A DNA stretch of 64,000 nucleotides from an uncultured Candidatus Saccharibacteria bacterium (GTDB lineage: Bacteria > Patescibacteriota > Minisyncoccia > Phycocordibacterales > UBA2100). Each line of letters starts with the position of its first letter. The stretch's first letter is position 1. Below are positions 1-8,624 of the stretch, piece after piece. Made by a program: the position numbers and the translations under genes. The notes beneath the pieces are model-generated. The model ran no database searches, had not been told where the DNA came from, and saw only the letters and a list, made by a program, of their open reading frames with translations. The stretch spans positions 168,703 through 232,702 of the forward strand of contig CAYSUJ010000001.1 in NCBI GenBank assembly GCA_964434285.1. Direction: 5' to 3'.

Positions 1-854
1 GTGAGTAATTGCAGCGGCGTTCTCAGCTGCAACCCAAAATGATGTCGCTTCTCATTGTAGTGCTTCAGATACGTAGGTAAGGCACGATTGATGGTAGTGA
101 GATCAACCGGCAGTCCATCAAGCAGCTCCTCTCGGAGTGTTCGGTTGAACCGTTCCACATGTGCATTGTCGTTACTTTGTCTCACACGGGAGTGTCGATG
201 ACGTATCTGCACTCGCTCGGTGAAGTGGGTACTCCACTCGCTGCCGTTGTCGGTCTGAATACACTCAAACAAGAATGGAGCAGCTACCTGAGATCTCTTC
301 ACGAACAGAAGTCCCGTCCGTGTATTCGCCCGTCTCGAGCACCACGCATACGCCCAGCGTGAGTGCACATCAATCAGCGTGAACACATACAAGACAGTCT
401 TTCCGTGTACGGCAAGATGCACCGTATCAGCCTGCGCCAGAGCGCCAGGATGGTCAGCGAAGGGACGAGGCGAGGGTGCGTGATATCGCTTCCAAGGAGA
501 CCGTTTCTTCAAGAGTCCATGTCGATCAAGGGTACGCTTCACCGAGGGAAGAGAGACCGCAACACCGTCTTCACCGAGTGCACGATGGACGACTTCCGCA
601 GAGCGTTTGAGCGCCAGTCGCTTTGCAACGATTGTCCGAACCAAAGTATGTGGCAACTGATGCGGATGTGACCGTGGCTTCGACGAGAGTGTGAGAATCG
701 GTCGGATACCATATCGATCAAGCTTCTGTTTCCACAGACTCACCGCACCAATCGAGAATCCGAAGTGTCGGGCTGCTTTCCGAACACCATGTTTCTTTGC
801 AAACAATGCCACGTCCCGACGAATACGGGGTATCTTAGGGTTAGTTGTGTACAT
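1..854 (-). mobile_element. IS481-family-like transposase gene; the ATG is the reverse complement of 852-854 and the 3' end runs off the left window edge. It has an N-terminal HTH and an rve integrase core: D in LIDVHSRWAYAW, D in QTDNGSEW, E in HVERFNRTLREE.
   Basis: Manual minus-strand translation gives an uninterrupted frame, MYTTNPKIPRIRRDVALFAKKHGVRKAARHFGFSIGAVSLWKQKLDRYGIRP...QTDNGSEW...NDNAHVERFNRTLREELLDGL. The ORF track does not list it because the stop lies outside the window. Confidence 0.7.
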
Positions 855-986
855 GCCTCAAAGAATACGTGAGGTGTTCACGAGCTATTGAACCATTACG
901 CGTAATTTGACATCATTAATTTGCCGTGTTACAAAGCGTTCCAGTTATGTATGTATCGTGTGCATGCGTTTTGCTAGGAGGCACAC

Positions 987-1295
987 ATGACCTTCACGTT
1001 CTCACCGAAAGTACTACGCGTTGACTGCGCCGAAGTGGAAGTACTCTTGCCGGTTTCCGGCACAGCGATCACCTTCCGCTGCGGGTCGCGCGATCTGCCA
1101 ATCGCCGCGAACCTTGTCCAGGTTACCTGCATGCAGAACAAATGCGTGCTGTGGGAGCCGATAGACGTTTCGCGTGGGCAATGGCTTTCCGCGCGTTCTG
1201 TCGGAGCACATGCAATCGCGGAACATCGGCGCGAGTACGCCGAGCGAGCAAAAAAACGACTCCTACCGTTTCAGTTCTCGTTCCGATTTCAGTGA
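987..1295 (+). CDS. hypothetical protein, 102 aa
   Basis: An AGGAGG Shine-Dalgarno sits 6 nt upstream of the ATG at 987; no recognisable domain. Confidence 0.3.
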   Translation: MTFTFSPKVLRVDCAEVEVLLPVSGTAITFRCGSRDLPIAANLVQVTCMQNKCVLWEPIDVSRGQWLSARSVGAHAIAEHRREYAERAKKRLLPFQFSFRFQ

Positions 1296-1421
1296 AGAGT
1301 ATGGGCGCGGTTGTATAAGTCCGCTCCTTGTTCATTATGTGAATAACTCGTTTCTCGCTCTTGTCATATCGAAAAACGGGGGTAGGATACGCGAATCCCT
1401 GGAAACAAAGGAGATTGATAG

Positions 1422-1595
1422 ATGATCGACGTGTTTACGAGCGCCCGCCTACTTGTGTTGAAGGCACAAGCTGCGGGAAATGTAGCCAAAGATTCTCTCG
1501 TGGGCGAAATCGGTCCCGAAGAAGATTCAATCGGCGGTCTTCTTGCCGATGACGAAAGCTCGAAGGACGAGCGATCGCCCAAGGAGGACGACTAA
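1422..1595 (+). CDS. small acidic hypothetical protein, 57 aa (MIDVFTSARLLVLKAQAAGNVAKDSLVGEIGPEEDSIGGLLADDESSKDERSPKEDD), below the track size cutoff
   Basis: AAAGGAG ribosome-binding site 12 nt upstream; a strong hairpin terminator follows immediately. Confidence 0.35.
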   Translation: MIDVFTSARLLVLKAQAAGNVAKDSLVGEIGPEEDSIGGLLADDESSKDERSPKEDD

Positions 1596-1599
1596 CGAT

Positions 1600-1633
1600 G
1601 GGGCGCTCGCGCAGACGAGCGCCCCTTCCCTTT
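1600..1633 (+). terminator. rho-independent terminator: GGGGCGCTCG-cgcaga-CGAGCGCCCC followed by TTCCCTTT
   Basis: Perfect 10-bp GC-rich stem followed by a T-run, sitting between convergent genes. Confidence 0.6.
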
Positions 1634-2807
1634 ACAATGTCCGGGCGGCTCGACGAGCCATCACAATTGACACCACAGACGCAACGCCGGCGAGAGCGAG
1701 TGTTAGAGCAAGCGCGCCCATCCCTGAAAGGGGGATGAGTATCATACACACGAGACAGGAAAATATGCGTCCAATATGAAGCGCCATTTCTTTAAGAGCA
1801 GTGTATTCATCTATAAAATGACCGCTATCAGCAGCTTGTTCCCCTGCACTTTCGTCTACGCCAAAGCGCTTGGGGGAAATGGTCGTATGAGCAAACACGT
1901 TTGCTGCGAGAATTGCTGCAGGTGCGGGTGCGGCAAGGCGTGCGACCCATGCGCCAAGCACAAGGAGAGAAAAGAGTGTCTCTGACCGTTCCGCTCGCAA
2001 ACGCTTGAGAACGCGCTGTATGTGACTCCTCAACAAGTACGTGAACAGTAATGAAAGTGAAAAAATGAGGCCAAACAAAAACCAATCCGCCCGTACGATG
2101 ATGAATATGACGAGGGGCCACACGAAGAGAAGCGCAGCGCCCTGGATACCGTCAAGAATTCCGCTCATGAGGATGGAGCGATGCCTCGGTTCGAAAAGCG
2201 CTCCTACCGTTTCTGTAACACTCCATTCAAATGCTTCAACGCGCTCCGGGACACGGATGAGGGAAACGAGCGCTATGAGCGCACATATCGCAGCCCCGAT
2301 GAATACTAACGAGCCCGCACCGGGAGTCGTGATAAGGACTCCCGAGACCAACGGCACGCCCATCAGAGCGAGCTCAGGTATCTGGACGCGTTCTGCAGCG
2401 GGTATAACACTCTCATACGGGATCCAATATAGTGCCCGCTGCAGCGCGGTGAAAACGACAAAGAGCGAAAGCAACGTGAAGAATGTAAAAGGAACTCCCG
2501 GGATAAACATGAGCGCAACTATGACAGCAACAAAAATCGCGCACAGGGTGCCAAATGCGAGCGCACGGCGCACACCAAACCGGAGCGCTGGAGCTGTAAG
2601 AGGCGTGAGAAAAAAAGCTAGCACTTGCGCTGATGTATACAGGATGAGCACTGAAAAAAGTGCGTGCTCAAAACCGTATGAAAAAAGGAACACTTGAAAA
2701 ATGAGCAGCCACGCAAAAATTGAAGTTCCCTGAGCGCCGCGCATGAACATGCGATGGGTGCGAAGCGCACGCGCTCCATCGGGAGTCGCGAGTAATCCCA
2801 TACACAT
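1632..2807 (-). CDS. polytopic membrane protein, MFS-transporter-like (LRFGVRRALAFG motif between predicted TM2 and TM3)
   Basis: 391-aa ORF with about 10-12 hydrophobic segments; the motif resembles the MFS signature G-x-L-a-D-r-x-G-r-k. Confidence 0.4.
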   Translation of the reverse strand: MCMGLLATPDGARALRTHRMFMRGAQGTSIFAWLLIFQVFLFSYGFEHALFSVLILYTSAQVLAFFLTPLTAPALRFGVRRALAFGTLCAIFVAVIVALMFIPGVPFTFFTLLSLFVVFTALQRALYWIPYESVIPAAERVQIPELALMGVPLVSGVLITTPGAGSLVFIGAAICALIALVSLIRVPERVEAFEWSVTETVGALFEPRHRSILMSGILDGIQGAALLFVWPLVIFIIVRADWFLFGLIFSLSLLFTYLLRSHIQRVLKRLRAERSETLFSLLVLGAWVARLAAPAPAAILAANVFAHTTISPKRFGVDESAGEQAADSGHFIDEYTALKEMALHIGRIFSCLVCMILIPLSGMGALALTLALAGVASVVSIVMARRAARTL

Positions 2808-2810
2808 CAG

Positions 2811-3164
2811 TTACGACGTTTTCCGAAAAAGCATAGTGTAGGCGAGCGGGAAGACCACAATGAGCGCATATCCGGCCCACACGCTCCATGAGGTATAAAG
2901 AGCCCATCCTGAGAACGGAACGAGATACACCATATCAAGGCCAATAGCTACAGCGGCCCACACGAGCGCGTGACCCACGAGATCTTTCGTATCAGAAAAA
3001 TGCATCGCGCGAGCGGCAATAATAGTGACAAGGGCAAGAATGAAAAGACGCGCGAGCAGAGACACTATGCCAAGTGAAAGACCATAAATCACCATACCTG
3101 ACCACGCAAGATACATGACCGCATATATAACTACTCCCCAACCAAGCGCTCGCCAGATGTGCAT
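2811..3164 (-). CDS. small integral membrane protein, 117 aa
   Basis: Hydrophobic ORF whose stop overlaps the start of the downstream membrane gene (operon-like). Confidence 0.4.
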   Translation of the reverse strand: MHIWRALGWGVVIYAVMYLAWSGMVIYGLSLGIVSLLARLFILALVTIIAARAMHFSDTKDLVGHALVWAAVAIGLDMVYLVPFSGWALYTSWSVWAGYALIVVFPLAYTMLFRKTS

Positions 3165-3263
3165 ACAGTAAGTATACGCGAAAAGTGTTCAACCATTCCT
3201 TACTTATGTGGATAGCACAAACCCGCCACGAGGGCGGGTTTGTGCGGGATGCAAAAGCCGGAG

Positions 3264-3587
3264 TTACCAGCTATTGCGTCGGTTGCCACCACCCCAGTCG
3301 CCACCACCACCTCCGCGGAAATCGCGGCGTGGTCGTTCTTCCATAGGGCGCGCTTCGTTCACGGTGAGAGAACGTCCACCGAAGTCCTTGCCATTCCACA
3401 TGTCAATTGCCTTCTGTGCATCCTCGTCATTCGCGAACTCAACAAAGCCAAAACCTTTCGAGCGGCCAGTCATCTTGTCCATGATGATGATGGCCGACGA
3501 AACGTCTCCAGCCTGGGCAAAAGCATCCTTCAGCTCGTTATCCGTAGTTGAATACGGAAGACCGCCGACATAGAGTTTCTTTGCCAT
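3264..3587 (-). CDS. RNA-binding protein with an RRM domain (RNP-2 LYVGGL, RNP-1 KGFGFVEF) and a glycine-rich tail
   Basis: Canonical RNP-1 and RNP-2 motifs; ATG at 3587 and TAA at 3264 both verified. Confidence 0.85.
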   Translation of the reverse strand: MAKKLYVGGLPYSTTDNELKDAFAQAGDVSSAIIIMDKMTGRSKGFGFVEFANDEDAQKAIDMWNGKDFGGRSLTVNEARPMEERPRRDFRGGGGGDWGGGNRRNSW

Positions 3588-3800
3588 GTATCGTCGCTTG
3601 TTTTTATATCAAATGTAACCCGACCTTCTCCACAACCCCTGCGACGGCTACTGCCCTGCACCGGATGGAAAAACGTACATTCCCCGGCAGTATAGGATGA
3701 AATGCCAAAAGAGCAAGGAAAGGAGGTGTACATATGTGATGCTTGCTTTTAAAAGTAAATCATGTTGTGATTGTATTCGGTCAACCAAAAGGAGGCTCCC

Positions 3801-3977
3801 ATGGCCAGGCGGACCAAGGACGATCTTATAAATGAAATTGTCGAGGCGCTCGCAAAGATCCGCGAAACGCTGACAGAAGAAGAGGAGGGAGTCTGGGATG
3901 AAGCCGTGACTGAAGCTGCCTCCGACGAAGTCGACGGAGGTCTTGTCCGCCCGGACAGGCATCCTTATGACGACTGA
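3801..3977 (+). CDS. small acidic hypothetical protein (MARRTKDDLINEIVEALAKIRETL...)
   Basis: AAAGGAGG 6 nt upstream of the ATG at 3801; a hairpin terminator lies downstream. Confidence 0.35.
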   Translation: MARRTKDDLINEIVEALAKIRETLTEEEEGVWDEAVTEAASDEVDGGLVRPDRHPYDD

Positions 3978-3991
3978 CCTCCCCTCTTTAG

Positions 3992-4020
3992 ACCGGCGCG
4001 CATGCGCCGGTATTGTTTGT
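3992..4020 (+). terminator. hairpin CCGGCGC-gcat-GCGCCGG followed by TATTGTTTGT
   Basis: Perfect GC stem with a U-rich tail directly after the stop of the 3801..3977 ORF. Confidence 0.5.
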
Positions 4021-4353
4021 GGGTCACAAATATTTTACTAACTGTGGAGATTGTACCGCAGAGTTCGAAGGAATTTTCAGATGCCTCCGATCTGATGCGT
4101 ACGCGCGGAGCGCGTGCTGGCTTTGACCCAACGAGGTACGCTTCTACTGCGCTGAAGCACCGCCCGCCGCGGTAAGCGGAGGCAACCCCAGGGATCCGCT
4201 TCTTGCATTCCTGATTCGGCGGGGTGAATTCAAAATGCATTTTCAATAAAGAAAGGTGAATCCGTGGGGTTCTGCCTTTGAGGCAGGGGGGGGGGCGAGG
4301 ATGCAAAAAGAACAAATCGCCTCAAGTCTCAAGAAATGAGGCGATTTGACAGA

Positions 4354-4746
4354 TGATTTATAATTTTCTTGTGTACCGTCCCTCCAAGAGGTCCATGATG
4401 CCCTTGTATTCGAGTGAATATACCGAGCGCAAGAACAAACTGACCTCCGAAAAGCGGACGCTGGACGCTGGAGGAGGAATTGAGAGATTTTGAACGAAAA
4501 GGCACGCAATGGCTCGAACTCATGCGTAATTGGATTTTAGAGGCCAATCAAGCCAAAAAATTGTCGCAGGGAGACAATTTTGACGAAATGCGAAATTTCC
4601 TTCAAGGCATCGGCTCGAACCGCCGCATAGCGACGGGGATTCTCATGGGGGAATTCAAAATGCCGTGGCATTTCCTTGCGGAAATGCCCGTCCATGCGCG
4701 CGGCCCTGCCGCGCGCGGGTTGCGTTCTTCGTCAAATCAAATTTAG
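4354..4746 (+). pseudogene. decayed coding remnants: two frame-shifted ORF fragments (47 aa, then a TTG-start 88 aa) carrying an internally duplicated GEFKM(H/P)-HF segment
   Basis: Frame A ...TERKNKLTSEKRTLDAGGGIERF stops, and frame B continues LEEELRDFERKGTQWLELMRNWILEANQAKKL. A 17-nt motif GGGG-GAATTCAAAATGC occurs at about 4217 and 4647, each time encoding GEFKM. Confidence 0.25.
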
Positions 4747-4819
4747 TGGACCGTACCGGGATCGAACCGGTTGCCTCATCCATGCCATGGATGCGCTCTA
4801 CCAAGTGAGCTAACGGCCC
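4747..4819 (-). tRNA. tRNA-Ala (anticodon GGC)
   Basis: Cloverleaf folded by hand on the reverse complement: acceptor GGGCCGT/ACGGTCC carrying the Ala G3:U70 identity pair, D-stem GCTC/GAGC, anticodon stem CATCC/GGATG with loop AT-GGC-AT, T-arm ACCGG-TTCGATC-CCGGT. CCA is not encoded. Confidence 0.85.
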
Positions 4820-4830
4820 GCGGCGATATT

Positions 4831-5304
4831 TTACATCACCTCAATAAGCGTTTCCATGCTGGGTGGGGACGAAAGACATTGAGAGAGTTGAGGTGTCTGC
4901 GACCAACCACACTTTCCATCAGCTTGCGGTTCGCACGAGGCCTCTTTGTAGCATGTATATTCCGCACGGTATTCGCACGTCGTCACGACATTCGCCGCCT
5001 CATCGGCAGAAACGCAGAGCTGACCCGAGCATCCAGCGATCGCACACCCATTGGATGTAATACCCCCTTCCGATGGAAGAGGCGCGACAATCTCTTCAAC
5101 GAATAAGCGTCCATCGGCGCCGCGGCATTGGCGCGGATACGATTCCATGACCGGATTCCCTGCTGCTGCACATTCCTCAAAATTGCTGATGACGGGTTCC
5201 GGCATTGATGGTTGCATCTTCGGAGCAACAGCATAGACCCACATTGCGAGGACGACGAAAATTCCCGCGACAAGAAGGAGACCGAGCGCCTTCAGAAGCT
5301 GCAT
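4831..5304 (-). CDS. secreted or membrane-anchored cysteine-rich protein; N-terminal TM/signal MQLLKALGLLLVAGIFVVLAMWVYA
   Basis: Internal ATG chosen (reverse complement of 5302-5304); hydrophobic N-terminus followed by a Cys-rich region. The start of the ORF listed in the track is probably a 5' over-extension. Confidence 0.4.
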   Translation of the reverse strand: MQLLKALGLLLVAGIFVVLAMWVYAVAPKMQPSMPEPVISNFEECAAAGNPVMESYPRQCRGADGRLFVEEIVAPLPSEGGITSNGCAIAGCSGQLCVSADEAANVVTTCEYRAEYTCYKEASCEPQADGKCGWSQTPQLSQCLSSPPSMETLIEVM

Positions 5305-5333
5305 AGGCTGAGTATACAACACCGAAGCATCCA

Positions 5334-5819
5334 TCAGTTCATCATCCAAAGCGTGTAGTTCAGAAACGATGCAAATGACACCCACGCAATATAAGGAACG
5401 AGGAGGATGCCGAGCCAGATTTTTACCTTACCGAACTCATACATAGTTTTCGCAATCGAGAGCGACATGAGGCCGATGACGACGAGCGCGAGACCGAGGT
5501 TTTGCGCCCCAAAGAAGATCGGCGACCAGATGGCGTTCAGAAAAAGCTGTGTCCAATACCAATTCATGCCACGGGAAGCATGTGTCTTGTTGAAACGCTC
5601 CTCCCAGACGAAGAACGCCGCGACACCCATAAGCGTGTAGAGCGTCGTCCACACCGGGCCAAATACCCAATTCGGCGGTGCGAACGATGGTTTCGCTAGG
5701 GAGGCGTACCACGTCGGAATCGCATCAAACGTAAAAATGGTACCAATTAATCCGGCAGCCTGGGCGATCAAGACGAATACGACAAGGTACATCAACCGAC
5801 GACAATTCCAGTGGTTCAT
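5334..5819 (-). CDS. tspO: TspO/MBR family tryptophan-rich sensory protein
   Basis: PPNWVFGPVWTTLY ... NWYW ... Trp-rich 5-TM signature. ATG chosen at MNHWN (reverse complement of 5817-5819); the 218-aa ORF in the track appears 5'-extended. Confidence 0.75.
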   Translation of the reverse strand: MNHWNCRRLMYLVVFVLIAQAAGLIGTIFTFDAIPTWYASLAKPSFAPPNWVFGPVWTTLYTLMGVAAFFVWEERFNKTHASRGMNWYWTQLFLNAIWSPIFFGAQNLGLALVVIGLMSLSIAKTMYEFGKVKIWLGILLVPYIAWVSFASFLNYTLWMMN

Positions 5820-5971
5820 GCGGATAGTATACGTTATACTCACGCGACATTGAGCGGGCTGTAGTATACCGGTAGTACGCGTCCATGGGGTGGATGTAGA
5901 CCGAGTTCGATTCTCGGCAGCCCGAACGAGCTGTATGATTTTTTTGAAATATATGGTCAAGCACGCTAGAT

Positions 5972-6385
5972 TTGTTTCCGGAGAATTCATCCAGACGAAA
6001 GAAACCCGTCATGTTTGCAGATCTAGCAGTGTACAAGCTGTCTTTCTTCTTGGTCACTAGCATTTTCGGCGGTGCCTCCCTTAACCAGCCAGTAAAGTTA
6101 TTGATTGCCAAATCGTCAGTCCCTGTTTGGTCAGATGGACAGGAGCAAAATCTGACCGGCTGCGTACTAAACTACGCGAAGGTGATGGCTACTCTTCAGC
6201 GACGTTACGGTATAACTGACGTTCATGCGACATGCCAATTGTATGTGCCCGATTACTCTCCGACTTTCAATGACCGGGTAAAAGTCCATTGGGGACCAGC
6301 ACATAAAGCATACTCATACGAAGCTGTTATAGCCTCACTTATCTTCAAGATAAGGAACAGATTGCGACAAAAGTTTTGGCCCTAG
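5972..6385 (+). CDS. hypothetical protein (AT-rich ORF)
   Basis: Followed by a strong bidirectional terminator; no recognisable domain; composition differs from the core. Confidence 0.3.
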   Translation: MFPENSSRRKKPVMFADLAVYKLSFFLVTSIFGGASLNQPVKLLIAKSSVPVWSDGQEQNLTGCVLNYAKVMATLQRRYGITDVHATCQLYVPDYSPTFNDRVKVHWGPAHKAYSYEAVIASLIFKIRNRLRQKFWP

Positions 6386-6395
6386 GAAGATATCG

Positions 6396-6428
6396 AGAGC
6401 CCCGCAGAAAGTGCGGGGCTCATTTCTT
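6396..6428. terminator. bidirectional hairpin terminator GAGCCCCGCA-gaaagt-GCGGGGCTC with T-runs on both strands
   Basis: Sits between convergent genes at 5972..6385 (+) and 6443..7714 (-). Confidence 0.6.
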
Positions 6429-6442
6429 AGCAAAGATTGGTC

Positions 6443-7714
6443 TTACCATCCAAATAACTTCCCCACATCTTCCGGCTGCTCTCGTTTACGGGCGAGCTTT
6501 ATTTCGCCATTACCCGCAATGAGCTTGGCAGGAGACGAAAGAAGACAATGATGCGAAGCTAGCGGATCTTGGTACGCTCCAGTATCGAGTATTGCGACAT
6601 ACAGCTCCTCAACGCTGCTGAGAGAAGGTAGCAAGATATGAGTTCCACCTGCTGTGTATTTATCGTCACTGTCGCACGAAGAACCGGCAAGCCATGTTTT
6701 TACAAATTTTCGCGCATGTAATGCATTCACAGGCACCACATGCCATTTCTGATGAATGGCCCATGAATCAATCAGGTCGTTCATGAAGGAGCCGTCAATA
6801 ACGTACCAAAGCTTGTCGCTCTTTGTTTCGATTGTTTTTTCTGCGAGAATTTTGTATATGGTCATTTGAGCAGGTGCGGCGACATAGCGCCCCCACTCAA
6901 CAATGAGGTTCGGATGTCGGAGTCCAAGTTTGTCGGAGTGCGCTTTTGCTGTTTTCACGATTCTCTGGATCAAGCTCTTTCCAACATAGAGTCGCTTTTT
7001 TTCATAGGGAACAGCTGCTCCTCCACCAATGTCTAACGTATCGAGTCCTGGATTTTTCTCCTTTAGTTTCTGGAAGAGCTTGAGCGCGCGCTTCAGCGGC
7101 TTTACGAAGCTCTCAACGGATTCCATCTGACTCGAGATATGGTAGTGAAGAATCGTAAGATTGCGCACCTTGCCGAGCCTGAGAAGCTCCTCTTCAGTAA
7201 AACCAAAACGGTTGAATTTCTTGTCCCAGTGGCTCTTTATTTTCACGTTAAGATTCACACGAATACCCACAGGACCGTCGAATTTTCTCATGCGTTCAAG
7301 CTCCACATAATCCTCGATAATTGGCACGATATTCAGACCTTTGCCGCGCAATTCCTCGATCAACTCCATATAATTAGGCGTCTTTGGCCCGTTGCAAGTG
7401 ACGCGAATCTTTGCGTTAAAACGCTCACTCTCGATCATCTTCTTTACAAGATACAGTTCATTCCGGCTCGAGACATCCAGATTTGCCCCTTCGGCAACAG
7501 CCGGGAGCACATACTCTTTATTCTGATTCACCTTCATTGGGTAGTGATAATAGAAACGGCCGCGATACCCAAGAATTTTGATATAGGCATTAAATGTTTC
7601 TATGAGATCACGCACACGATTCTCGATGATGGTTGGGAATACGATTTCGGTCGAAGTTCCGTATTTTTTGACTATGTTGAAGATGTTGTATTGGTAGTTC
7701 CCTTCGCGCACCAC
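6443..7714 (-). CDS. PLP-dependent decarboxylase of the Orn/Arg/DAP decarboxylase family, with arginine-decarboxylase-like motifs: YPMKVNQ, ILHYHISSQ, DIGGG, CDSDD
   Basis: Lys-containing PMKVNQ motif and a GGG loop typical of the fold-III decarboxylases; GTG start verified at 7714; low-GC composition. Confidence 0.65.
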   Translation of the reverse strand: MVREGNYQYNIFNIVKKYGTSTEIVFPTIIENRVRDLIETFNAYIKILGYRGRFYYHYPMKVNQNKEYVLPAVAEGANLDVSSRNELYLVKKMIESERFNAKIRVTCNGPKTPNYMELIEELRGKGLNIVPIIEDYVELERMRKFDGPVGIRVNLNVKIKSHWDKKFNRFGFTEEELLRLGKVRNLTILHYHISSQMESVESFVKPLKRALKLFQKLKEKNPGLDTLDIGGGAAVPYEKKRLYVGKSLIQRIVKTAKAHSDKLGLRHPNLIVEWGRYVAAPAQMTIYKILAEKTIETKSDKLWYVIDGSFMNDLIDSWAIHQKWHVVPVNALHARKFVKTWLAGSSCDSDDKYTAGGTHILLPSLSSVEELYVAILDTGAYQDPLASHHCLLSSPAKLIAGNGEIKLARKREQPEDVGKLFGW

Positions 7715-7989
7715 AAGCTCGCCATCGGGCGAGATGTCAAAATGTGCAGTATTAAATTCCTCGACCCCAAGTTTCCAGAATTTCTTGTGTCCGTTTTTTC
7801 GTTTTGTTGCTATAAGCCGTTGGTCTATTTTGAATTATACGTACAAGAAGCCTTGCGGTCACAGATATTTTTCTCGTCGTCACTCGAAAAATTCCGCGAC
7901 CCCGCCTCGCGGTTCCGCCCGCTGGCGGAACATCGCTCCGGCTTGCACCGCGCGCTCAAACTGCTGAAGGGCAGTTTTCGCGTCGGCGG

Positions 7990-8063
7990 TGCACCTTTCA
8001 GGATTTGAACCTGAGGCCTTTCGAATGTGAATCGAACGCTCTAACCAACTGAGCTAAAGGTGC
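7990..8063 (-). tRNA. tRNA-Val (anticodon CAC)
   Basis: Acceptor GCACCTT/AAGGTGC, D-arm GCTC-AGTTGGTTA-GAGC, anticodon stem TTCGA/TCGAA with loop TT-CAC-AT, T-arm TCAGG-TTCAAAT-CCTGA; no CCA encoded. Confidence 0.85.
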
Positions 8064-8101
8064 GTCGGGTGATTATGCAACCAAAGACGAATTCGTACAA
8101 T

Positions 8102-8572
8102 CTACTTCACCCCCACAATCTTATACTTCTGCGCACCTTTTGGCGTTTCAAACGTAAATGCATCCCCCTTCTTTTTGCCCATAAGGGCGGAGCCGAGCGG
8201 TGAGAGGTGGGAAATTTTTTTTTCCTGCATATTGGCTTCGGCACTCCCCACAATCTCGTAAGTGTGCTCCTCTTTCTCCCCCACCTTCTGAATAACCACC
8301 TGCGAGCCAAGGGAAACGGTCGATCCCTTCGTGTGTTCGATGATGCGTGCGCGGGAGAGCTCTGTCTCCACGGCGCGAATACGATCCTCTGTAGCAGCCT
8401 GAAGATTTCGCGCTTCCTCGTATTCAGCATTTTCGGAAAGGTCGCCAAGCGAGCGCGCGTATTCAAGCTGCTCCGCAATCTCGCGGCGACGTACGGTCTT
8501 TAAATGTTCGAGCTCTTCGGAGAGCTCGTCGAATTTCTCTTGCGAGAGATAGGTGTTTTGGTCGGCGATCAT
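8102..8572 (-). CDS. greA: transcription elongation factor GreA
   Basis: ...SQEKFDELSEELEHLKTVRRREIAEQLEYARSLGDLSENAEYEEARNLQAATEDRI... matches the GreA coiled coil plus FKBP-like C-terminus. Likely ATG at MIADQ (around 8570); the track ORF extends 5' to a TTG. Confidence 0.85.
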   Translation of the reverse strand: MIADQNTYLSQEKFDELSEELEHLKTVRRREIAEQLEYARSLGDLSENAEYEEARNLQAATEDRIRAVETELSRARIIEHTKGSTVSLGSQVVIQKVGEKEEHTYEIVGSAEANMQEKKISHLSPLGSALMGKKKGDAFTFETPKGAQKYKIVGVK

Positions 8573-8624
8573 ATGATGCGTCGAGTACGGGGGTATTGTA
8601 CCCTGTCCGTTCAGAAACAACAAG

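Noticed and set aside
2041-2697. 218-aa + ORF
   Set aside because: Antisense to the membrane-protein gene; composition-driven.
7139-8008. 289-aa + ORF
   Set aside because: Entirely antisense to the well-supported PLP decarboxylase gene and extends across tRNA-Val; no motif; reading-frame shadow.
8213-8226. T9/A9 homopolymer
   Set aside because: Lies inside greA encoding KKK in frame; an ordinary coding homopolymer, not a regulatory or phase-variable tract by itself.
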